Positions 34,754 through 64,000 of a stretch of 64,000 nt of DNA are shown piece after piece. Origin of the DNA: the human T2T-CHM13v2.0 reference genome, Homo sapiens; NCBI RefSeq assembly GCF_009914755.1, contig NC_060925.1. One strand, 5' to 3'. The notes beneath the pieces are model-generated. The model was not told the origin of the DNA and searched no databases. It saw only the letters and a program-made list of their open reading frames with translations. The position numbers were made by a program, and so were the translations under genes. Every line of letters starts with the position of its first letter. Positions within the stretch are counted from its first letter, which is position 1.

Positions 34754-35623
34754 GCTGCGGGCCATGCCACGGCTGGTGGTCCTAGGTGCACGGGGGCCGA
34801 GGGGGCACGAGGCAGTAGTGTGGGGACTCCGGGTCCCAGAGGCCGCTCATGGGGTGGGAAGTGTGAGGCCGCTGCCTGCCTGGGCCTCGGAGGGTGGGGG
34901 GAGCAGGGCAGGGAGATGATAAATTGACCATTATCTCAGGATGTCTCTTTCTGACTGCCAATATCTTCGCCATCGCCAGCATCACCAACCCAGACTGGCT
35001 CAACACCAGGGAGTCTGTGGGAGCACTCACTGTGGGCCTCATGGGACAGTGTCAAACAATGCGTGGACGAGAGGGGATGTGCATCCCTCCCCAGCTTCCC
35101 CTGGAGTGGGTCACCATGCTGTTTTTTATCATCATGGGAATCATTTCATTGACTGTAAAATTCCCCTTAGACAGACGGAGGCAGCTAGGACTCTGGAGTC
35201 AGGTGTGAATCTGCCCTCCCATTGATTGTCACATGTGGTTTGCTGGTGGCTTCCCACTGGGGAAGAGAAGCTACAAAATATGTTCGATGGATAGCATTCA
35301 CTGGGATGATGCTTTTCTGTATGGCTGCCGTCATATTTCCAATAGGATTTTACATCAATGAAGTCAGAGGTCAACCTTATAAATTACCCAACACCACAGT
35401 AGTTGGGTCATCATATGTACCTTTTGTCTTATCAATTTCTTTACAATAGTAGGACTTCTATTTGCTGCCAAGTTTATTTGCCAAGCTGATAAATGTCTAA
35501 ATTGCTTGACTCTCACTTATTTTTGAAGGGTGAGGAGGACAAAGGCGAGACATCTGAGCAGCCCTCATGGGAAGATGCTCACATGAAACTGATGCTGAGA
35601 AGGAAAAATAAAAAAAGTTTTGA

Positions 35624-36140
<517 letters not shown>

Positions 36141-36597
36141 AGGAGAGCCTTTTCCATAACCAAATACAGACAATACTGACTAAATCTCCTGAGCATATTC
36201 AGGCAGTCAGGTCTGCACTGTGATAGCAACCTAGAGAAGGAGAATGCTTTCTACTGAAAAGCATGTGGCCCTTTGTGACTCTGTTGTTCCATTTTTAATA
36301 TCTAATGATTCAATAGAGGGAAAAAAAAAGTCTAAGTAGTTATGTATCATGGTGGACCAGAGGGATGCAAGAGAAGTTCATGTGGGGCTGGCCTCACCTC
36401 CTGAGAAATCAGTGTTCACAACTTCCTTGTAATAGTATGAGCCTTTGGCACCATTACTGCACCAAGAAGCCAATAGATCAAAACTTGTTTGCTAAAATGT
36501 ATGTAAAAATTCTGAAATTCCCTATTCTGTGTGTATGAAAAAAAAAATCAAACACTAAGACACATGTTTTGGGTAGGTAGGTGGGTGGGTGGGGGAA

Positions 36598-36930
36598 ATC
36601 TCTCTCTCTCTCTGTATGTGTGTATGTATATATATATATGTACATACACACACAATATATATATATACACACACTATATATATATACACACTATATATAT
36701 ACACACACACTATATATATATACACACTATATATATACACACACACTATATATATATACACACACACTATATATATACACACACACTATATATACACACA
36801 CTATATATATACACACACTATATATATACACACACACTATATATATACACACACACTATATATATACACACACACTATATATATATACACACACACTATA
36901 TATATACACTATATATATAAAATATATATT
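36598..36930. repeat. Compound microsatellite (TC)n, then [(TA)n(CA)nC]n
   Basis: Repeated tatatatatacacacacac units; source of spurious YIYTHT ORFs. Confidence 0.95.
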
Positions 36931-36988
36931 TTGCTGACAGAAAAAAAAAAACGAAAAGGTTGGGGAGTGCTGCACTATGCAGCAAACC

Positions 36989-37074
36989 CTGTGAATTACC
37001 TGCCTGACCTCATGTAATTCTCCAGACAATTCTGTGAATTACCTGCCTGTCCTCATGTAATTCTCCAAACAATT
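36989..37074. repeat. 43-bp tandem duplication
   Basis: ctgtgaattacctgcctgacctcatgtaattctccagacaatt at 36989 and 37032, 2 mismatches. Confidence 0.9.
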
Positions 37075-38346
37075 CTGTCATCCCTATTTTACAGATGAGG
37101 AAACTGAGGCTCAGCAATGAAACTGAGTAAAAGGCTTGCTGTCTGATGTGTCAGAAGACAATCTTGTGATTAGGAAAATTAATAGTCATTACTTTTTTTT
37201 TTTTTTTAACTCTTTGGGACACAGTTTCAGAAGGAACTGACTGTCAGGACACAGAGCCACTCAACGGGAGGGCAGATTCACACCTGACCCCAGAGTCCTA
37301 GCTGCCTCTACCTGTCCAAGGGGAATTTTACAGTGATCAGTCCAAAATGCGCGGTTTGCAACATCTTCACCCCCTCAGGAAAGCCTTCCAGCGCCAGTGC
37401 ATCCTCCCTGTGTGCGCACACCCTCCACCAGCCCTCCAAGGTATTTCCTGCATTGCATTGTGAGGATACACATGGCTGGGAGCACCTGCTCCCGGGATTC
37501 AGTCTTACTTGTGCCAGCATCCCTAGCACCCAGCACAATGCCTGACACATGTTGGGCACAGAAACAATGAATGGATAAACAAGCCTGGCCTCCCTGGGCC
37601 CAAGCCCTGTAAACCTACCCAAAGCCAGAGCAGCCTGCCTTGGGGACTCAGTGGACCTCCCCTCAGGCTGGGATCACACCCCCAAGAGAGTAATCCAGAC
37701 AGACTGAGGACAGAGCAGGTTCTCTCAGCCAGCTTTTTCTCCAGCACTGAAACAGTCACAATCTGTTCTTTAGCTGTGCACCAGATGCAGGAACTGGCTT
37801 ATGTTTGGGAACCATGTTGCACAAAAATCCCACCTTAAACATTAGAACTTTAAAAGGAATGAGTGTGTGCTCGCTGCTCTGTGTCCCTTTTTGCCCTAGG
37901 GAGATCATACATGATGGCAGGAGCTACAGCAGCCAGCTTGGACCATGAGATGGAAGCCTAAGTTTGAGCAAGAAAAGCCACATTATCAAAGGAATCCTGC
38001 TCCCAGATGATCTCACAGAACACAGCAAGCTGTGCTACCAGCTCTGGACTGTGTACTTCCAGAATGTTAAGGAGCAAGGAATAAACTTCTGTTTCCACCA
38101 CTGTAGATTTCACCTAACTAAAGGTGTGAGCATTGCCCAGTGATCATCCACTCTGGCCTCTCTCTGCAGGTAAAACAATAATAGTAAGATCAACAATTTC
38201 CCAACCAAACTGTAACTGGGATTTTGTCATTACTATATAATTTTGAAGAAAAGGCTATCAGGAAAGAATCATTTGAATCATGTTGAACCTAGAGAAAAAG
38301 GACAAACTGATCTGATTTGTTTCATCCTTGAGTATTACAGACATAC

Positions 38347-38433
38347 CTCAGATTTCCAGACAGCCCAGGCTACTCTTTTCTGACAGTTTGCCTGTGTAAA
38401 CTCCAGCTTGGCTCCCCTCGTCCGGCTCATTAC
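38347..38433 (-). other. ZBTB17: ZBTB17 non-coding exon 2 (5' UTR, 87 nt)
   Basis: Acceptor gattcag|GTAATG and donor CTGAG|gtatgt; size agrees with my recollection of the ZBTB17 structure. Confidence 0.8.
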
Positions 38434-39196
38434 CTGAATCAATGACACACAAGTGGAAAATCTGATGAGAACCTAAAGGGTACCTGCTCCCTCAGAGCTG
38501 CCTTTTCATGCATCCATCAAACATAGACAAATACAGAGTGCTTAGCACAGAGCCTGGCCCAAGGAAGTGCTGAATAAATGGCCTGCTCTGTGCCAGATAG
38601 CATGCTGACACTGGGACACAAAGATGCACAGACTCAGCCTCAGGCCCTGCTCTCAAGAACTCCAGCTCAATAAGAGACAGGACACAATGTTAAGAAGGAA
38701 AAACGACAAGGTTTGTATCCAAGCATTACTGCAGCATTGGCACTGCTCTGGGATATCCTGGACACTTTGTTTCTCATTGCATACCCTACCCTAGGTGAGC
38801 TCATCCCCTCCCATGACTTCAGTGACCTTTGATGGTGATAACTACTAGCTGAACAGGTGCACTTGAATGTTTTACAGGCATCCAACTCCAACATGTTCAA
38901 AACTAAACATATCTGCCCTCCCCCAGATCTGCTCCCCGTACTGCTCCCTATCACATGGAGCAGCATCCAACACCCATCAGTCAAAAACTGGGGTGATCCT
39001 GACTCCTCCCTGCCCCTAACTCTCATCAAACTAATCACCAAATTGTGTCAATTCTATCGCTAAAACCATCTCTCCTCACTCTCTGCCTTTAACTCACACC
39101 TTTATTTCTCACTTGGATTATTCTAGCAGGCTCTTAATTGGCCTACAGGCCCACTCCCTTTGATACATTCTTCACTTAGCCAGAGTGATCTTCCTA

Positions 39197-40182
<986 letters not shown>

Positions 40183-40729
40183 CAGTCTGCTTCTTTATTT
40201 AGCCTGATCTCTCTCTCCTCTCTCTACGAAGATGAGTTTTCTCACAAACTACACCCTTAACTGGGAATACCCGTTTTCCTGCCTCACTCCGCTGAGCTTC
40301 CCTTAGATCTTAGCTTTCTGGGGGACAGAAGCCTCCCGGGATTCCCCCTAGGCTGAGTGATGTGTCTCTACTCCGTGCTTCAGAGGAAGGAGGGCTTTCT
40401 GCCCTCGCAGCAGTATCAGAATTGCTGATTTACCTGTATGTCTCCCACATGGGTCTCTGAGCTCTGGGTGACAATGGTGATACAATTAATAACAGCAACA
40501 AACACACAGCATTTACTTTGTACCCATAAGTGTTCTAGGAGCCTCATTTCCCCTTTATTACAATCTTAGGAGGCTGATTTTATTATCATCTCTGCTTAAA
40601 GGATGAATAAACCCAGGCAGAGAGAAAAAGCCAAAAGTGCCTAAGGTCACAGCAGGGAATGGGGATTCAAACCCCGCTGCTGGGCTCCACGGTTCACACT
40701 CCTAACTCCAGGATCGAGGATCCTGGAGG

Positions 40730-41530
40730 ATCGAGTCCGCCCGCATCACTCGCTCTAGCTTCACCATCTATCAGGTGCTGAACCACCGTCCGCAGTACGA
40801 ATGAATGAATGAAATGCTTTTATACAGGGACAGCGTCGGCCTCCTCTGTCAGCTCCTCCTAGGCCCGGGCAGCCCCGCTCCCTCCCGCCCCGGCCGGCCG
40901 ACAGGAGCTGCCCCGGCACTGCGCTCCCTCGCGGCCGCAGAACGCCCACCCTCGACAGCGCGCGGGGTCAAGGGGCGGTGACAGCCGTGCGGCGGGGGCG
41001 GAGATGCTACCAGCTGGGGTGTCATCCAGCCCGGGAGGTGACACGCGCCCCCTCGCCCGGGCGGTCGCCTGGCCGCCCACTCCCCGCCAGCACGCCCGGC
41101 GACGCCCCCCGCCCCGCCACCCCACAATCTCCCGCCCAGCGGTGTCCCCTCAGCCCCGGTTGGCGTCCCATTCCACTTCCCTCCCCTCCCCCACACAACC
41201 GTCACCGGCGTCCCACCGCGCCCCATCCTCCGCCGCCTCCGCCCCGGCTCCCGGGACTTCCCCGGCCCCGGGCGATTGTTGACACTCACCTGCCATGTCC
41301 CGGACCCCACCGCAGAGGGAGGTGCATCACGGCCGCGAGAAGGCCGGGGACGGCACTCCAGAGCAGACAAAGGGCGCCGCCATGTTAGAGTCGGGCGGAA
41401 CCGACCTCGCAGGCTTCCCGGCTGCAACTTCCGGCGCATGCGCAGCGTCCTCGCTAGGAGAGCGCCCATAGACAGACGCATGCGCCTAGCTATCCAAAAG
41501 TTCCACCTTACAGTACTTCGGCGCTCAGAG
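40730..41530 (-). promoter_or_regulatory. ZBTB17 CpG-island promoter with YY1, ETS/GABP and two NRF1 motifs
   Basis: High CpG density; GCCGCCATGTT 41376-41386, ACTTCCGG 41427-41434, GCGCATGCGC 41434-41443, ACGCATGCGC 41476-41485; no TATA box seen. Confidence 0.85.
41290..41420 (-). other. ZBTB17: ZBTB17 exon 1 (5' UTR; TSS approximate)
   Basis: Consensus donor CAG|GTGAGT at 41290/41289 inside the CpG island. Confidence 0.8.
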
Positions 41531-42283
41531 TTGTCCTCATTGTACCCCTGCCTTGGTTTCTCTTCCAAATATAACAGTAACATCATGTGTTCAGCTCTTA
41601 CTGTGTGCCAGGCACTGTGTTAAGCGCTTTACATGCATTATCTCTTTAAATCCTCACACCAATTATAAGATAGTATTATTCTCCTAATTTTAAAAAAGGG
41701 AAAACAGACTCAAAAAGTGTAAATCAATGTCCATGGTCACATATCTTGTAAGTGGTGGACCGGAGATATGAATCTACTTGTGGCTTCAAAGCTGCAGATC
41801 CCAGTTGTGTTTTTCTACCTTCTAAACCGAACATTATCCCCTTCCCTGATTGTCTTGGACGTGAATAAAGGTGTCTGAAAACAAAAGTGTCTGCAGACTT
41901 GCATGGCCCCTCCGTGGCCCCTCTTCTACCTTTTTGGTAGCTCTAGGCCACTGACTTCTCCACTTTCTCACAGTCTGAGGGCTTTCTCCTTTGTTTACTT
42001 CTAGGCCTGCATATTTTCCATAATCTATAATTTTAACAACACTCTTGCCACTACTGTAAGCTCTTTTGCCCCCTTGCCTTTTTGTCACATGGATTTGGTA
42101 AGAATACCAACGCTGTGTGAATCCAAATGCACCTTTTCTCTTTGTTAGCTCCCAAACAGCCAAGCACAGCTGAAGAAAGTATGCAGTGGGGAGACTGTTC
42201 CCTAGAGATTCATGTCCACTAGCCTTCAGTGGGATGCAACATATGCCAATCTGGCAACTCACTCCTGTCTTCACAATGGCTAG

Positions 42284-42770
<487 letters not shown>

Positions 42771-42789
42771 AACTTCACCCGTTCTTTTT

Positions 42790-44935
<2,146 letters not shown>

Positions 44936-45079
44936 CCCCATTTCTTAAAAAAATTTTTTTTAAATCATAGTAAGAAAACTTAATATGAGAGCTGTCCTCT
45001 TAAGAATTTGTTCTTTCTCTTCAACTTTTATTTTAAGTTCAAAGGTACATGTGCAGGAGGTGCAGGTTTGTTACATAGG

Positions 45080-46955
<1,876 letters not shown>

Positions 46956-47390
46956 GTGGAATCATGCTGGATTTGTCCTTCTGTACTGGCTTATTTCACA
47001 TAGCACAATGTCCTTAAGGTTTATCACTGTTGTCAAATTTTGCAGAATTTCTTTTTTAAAGGCTGAATAATATTCTATCTTATGTATATACCGTATTTGG
47101 TTTAACCATTTGTCTGTCAGTGGACCCTTGGTTGGGTTGTTTCCACATTTTGGCTATTGTGAATAAATGCTACAATGAACAGTGGAGCACGAATATCTCT
47201 CCAAGGTCCTGATTTCAATTCTTTAGATAAAGACCCAGAAGTGGGATTTCTGGATCCTATGGTGGTTCTATTTTTAATTTTTTGAGGAATCCCCATATAC
47301 CGTTCTTCATAGTGGCTGCACCATTTTGCATTCCACCAACAGTACACAAAGGTTCCAATTTTTCCACATCCTTACCAACACTTGTATTTC
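46956..47390 (-). mobile_element. L1M 3' fragment
   Basis: Typical L1 3' motifs (ggctattgtgaataaatgc, cattccaccaacagt). Confidence 0.7.
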
Positions 47391-47556
47391 ACCTCTTCTT
47401 TTACAGGGAGAATAATAGCAGATCTGTTAGGAACCTTCTTGTCTTCCCAATATTAAGCATACAAATCTATCCCCGGGTCTATCTGTGTTAGATGTGATCA
47501 ATCAGGACTCAGCATCCATTCTTTCCAGAATCTAAAACGCTAAAAATGTATTTCCG

Positions 47557-54126
<6,570 letters not shown>

Positions 54127-54267
54127 GATTTTATTCTCCAGGAGAAGGGGTTCTTGGGGGCTATAAGCAGCAGGCAGAAGACTTTATTGCATGTGTGGTT
54201 AGGTGATAGCAACCTAAGTTTGCATTGGGAACTGGCATCAAGAGTGACCCGAACTCCTACTCATGAA

Positions 54268-54441
54268 CCTCTCTCTCCCTGTCTCTCTCTTTGCCTTTTG
54301 TGTCTCTCTCTCCCTCGTCCTCTCAGCCTCCTCTGTCTCTGTCCCCATCTCTCTTCCTCTCTCTCGATCTCACTCCCTTCTTCCCATCTCTCTTTCTCTC
54401 TCCTTCTTCTCCACTTCTCTCTCCCTCCTTTTCTCCCTCCC
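54268..54441. repeat. CT-rich low-complexity tract
   Basis: Degenerate (CT)n/(CTT)n. Confidence 0.8.
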
Positions 54442-55166
54442 TGCCACTGTTCAGGCTTCTGGGCCCCCCTGGACAGGTGCACACAGGACTCCTAGACCAC
54501 CTTTCAGGACACATGCACAGGGCTGCAGGACCTTGGTCCCCCACCTCCCTGTGCCCTCAAGGTCAGGGGTGTGGGGTGTGCCTGGGCTTTCCTGGGCGGG
54601 TGCCCCACGCTCCATGAAGTAGAAGTTGTAGGTCACCATTGGCTCGAGTGGTGCACCCACCGGGCTGCTGGCTTCCTCCTTGTGATCTGCTGAGGCCAAA
54701 GCAGAGGACACCTTCCCAGGCCCGACCCTGCGCCAGGGTGGGGTAGGGGTGGGTTTGGAGGTCAGCATGGGGATGGGAGCAGTCACTGCAAACGGGTCCC
54801 TGGCTGGCTTCCTGCCCTGCACTATGCCATGCAAGGCCTCCTCTCCCGCCCTTCCCCCTACCCCACCGCCTCCACCTCTAGAAAGCCCCAGGCACAGGCT
54901 CCATAAGTCTCTGTGGATCCAGGAACTAAGGGCAACCACTGGGCTCCAAAGCTTGGCAGTGTCGCACACAGGACAAGTGCTCTCAGGAGACATTTTGGAC
55001 AAATTGCTGAAATGCCTGATGGACATGGCTCTTGTCACAAAATGAATTTGCATCCTGAGGAAGCCTCTTCTTCAAAGGAAGTTTCCCCAGTCACCTCTGC
55101 CCTCTCCGATGACATGAATCGTCCCAGGTGACCTCAGCCCTCCCAGGTGATGTCTTTCCACCATAA

Positions 55167-60590
<5,424 letters not shown>

Positions 60591-60639
60591 TAGATACACA
60601 GAAAAATTGAAAAGACACTGTAGTGTACTCTACACCTTA

Positions 60640-62122
<1,483 letters not shown>

Positions 62123-64000
62123 AATCTTTCGGGCCCCATAGAAGGCTCAATTCCCTGCACCCCCACCCCCAGATAAGCATTCTAAAGTGTTTGTTCACTT
62201 TACCTGCTCATCCGTGAGCCAGAGGGTTCCATCAACAGCTTGGGCTGTCTCAGAGAGACCTGGATTCAATCCCATTCAGCCACTTAGTGTGTCACTTTGG
62301 ACAAACCATGTAACTTCTCTGAGCCTCAGTGTCCTCATCTGTAAACTGGGTTGATCATGGTCCTTACCTCACAGGGCCACTGTGAGATGAAAGCTGACAC
62401 CGCGAGTGACACCACTTCTCTCTCCCTCAGACTCAACAGGAAGATGCCTTTGCTGCCCAATGCGAAGGTTATGGGGAGGACGCGAGGCCCCAAGGTTCCC
62501 CTGTCCCAGGAGCATAAACCCTGGATTTTTGCTTCCAGAAACAACCACCTCTAGGATGAGGATGGCTCTCAACTCCCCAAAGCCTGTGCTACCACCCCAC
62601 AAAGGCAGCGTCTTCAGCAGTGGGGAAGGGGCTGCACTGCGCCAGCCTCACCCTGGCCACTGTCTGCCCTCATGAGTCAGAGCCCAGCTAGGTCCTCAAG
62701 CAGAGCAGTGCAGAGTCCGGCCCCAGTCCCAGGCTCCAGGCATCCCTGCCACCCCCACCTGCCCCCACCAGCTGCCTCCATCCCTTAGCCCCTGCTTCCC
62801 TCCTTCCCAGCTCAGGATGTCTTAGCTCCTTACATGTCCCCATCATCTGTCTCCTCAAGGGGAGTGCAGCACAAGGGCAGGGAACTCGGCCAGTCTATGG
62901 CTGAGTCTCCGGTGTCTGGGAGAGATTAGAAGCTCAACACATACTTGCCCAGTGTCTGTGTGCATTTCATCAAGCAGAAGACAGCTTTGGAAATGAGAAG
63001 AGACCCTCCTGAGGCGACAGTCCTTAGCTGCCATTTCTCAAGTATTCTTGGCGTGCCACGCACTAAGCTGGACCATGGACATGCGAGCTCTGGAACCCGT
63101 GAGGTGCTGTCACTCATGCACAGGTGGGTTGGCTCAGCCCTGGTGCAGTCACATAGCTCCCTGCTAGCTGAGCTGAAATTGGAACCCATTCAGTTTGGCT
63201 CTTGCACTGCACAATGGCTCCCCAGCTCCTCTGAGTGAGAACTAAAGCCTTGCAATGCCCTCAGGTCATTGAACCTGGGACTTCTCTTCCTGAGCTGCCT
63301 GCCGCTCTTCCCTGCTCACACCAGGTCAGATGCAGACCTCCCCTCTGGGCCTGAAGCATATCAATCATGCTCCTGCCTCAGGGCCTTTGCACAAGCCATT
63401 CCCACTGCCCGGAATGCTCCCTGCCCAGATATCTGCTTGGCTGACCCATCACCTCCTACAAACCTTGCTCAGATCTTGCCTCATCAATGAGGACAACCCT
63501 GGCCATGCGTCTAGAGGGCGTCCAGCACAGAGTATGTGCTCAATACACAGGTGAAGAAGGAAGAAGGAAGGGATGGAGAAGAGAGAGGTGAAGGAAGGGC
63601 AGAATGCCTATGGCCATTTTTATTCCAGTGATAACTAGTTGCAGTGAATACCTAAGGGCAATGCAGACAGGGCAGAAACAAAGTTCACAAAAGGCCGACA
63701 TGAGCAGGGTGGAAAAATGCAGCTCTACTCATCTGTCCTGGTGCAGATTTGAAGACTCCAGATGTGTCACATCTGGGCAGTCCCTTCTCTGCCCCCTCCC
63801 CTCTGAGCTCTCCTTCTACCTCCAAGCCTGGCCCATCTTCTAGGGATCCAGGACAACACAGGAGACAGCTGTGCATCTCCCAGGACACTGGGAAAGACTG
63901 CCAGTGGGGAAGATGCTCAGTGGCCCTTAAAACTCATCTCGGTTTTGCTCCAACTGTGCAGCCCATCCACTCCTGTGAACAGGAAGAGCACTCAAATGAG

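Noticed and set aside
36531-37017. ORFs rich in YIYTHT
   Set aside because: Translations of the compound TA/CA microsatellite.
40849-41623. ORFs of up to 245 aa across the promoter
   Set aside because: Stop-codon depletion in a CpG island; low-complexity Arg/Gly/Pro sequence with no recognisable domain.
62130-64000. Possible enhancer or promoter for the next gene
   Set aside because: Only MIR/L2-like fragments and scattered E-boxes; no CpG island or exon can be supported.

Overview
Human genomic DNA, recognisable as chr1p36.13. It contains the 3' end of SPEN (SHARP/MINT; last five coding exons including the SPOC domain, + strand, 1-~5740), convergent with the complete ZBTB17 (MIZ-1) gene (- strand, ~7150-41420; 2 non-coding and 14 coding exons, whose lengths sum to 2412 nt = 803 aa + stop, with a CpG-island promoter). 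A repeat-dense intergenic block follows (~41600-53300), then a duplicated segment carrying a dead CPD (carboxypeptidase D) exon and the unprocessed 3' half of a TBC1D3-family gene (TBC1D3P6-like, 55182-60590). I found no new multi-gene system. The most interesting structures are: (1) a MOSMO/C16orf52 processed pseudogene inserted into the terminal repeat of a MER1A transposon in ZBTB17 intron 2, carrying a 74-bp inverted copy of DNA from ~300 bp beyond its own insertion site (a fossil double template switch); (2) a chain of four uAUGs in the spliced ZBTB17 5'UTR, including a 30-codon uORF that stops one codon before, and in frame with, the MIZ-1 start; (3) a CPD-exon plus TBC1D3 mosaic duplicon whose last exon holds ~0.95 kb missing from TBC1D3 as I recall it; and (4) two stop-free, frame-preserving short introns in ZBTB17. 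Gene identities and exon numbers rest on recalled protein sequences, and repeat family names and boundaries are by eye.
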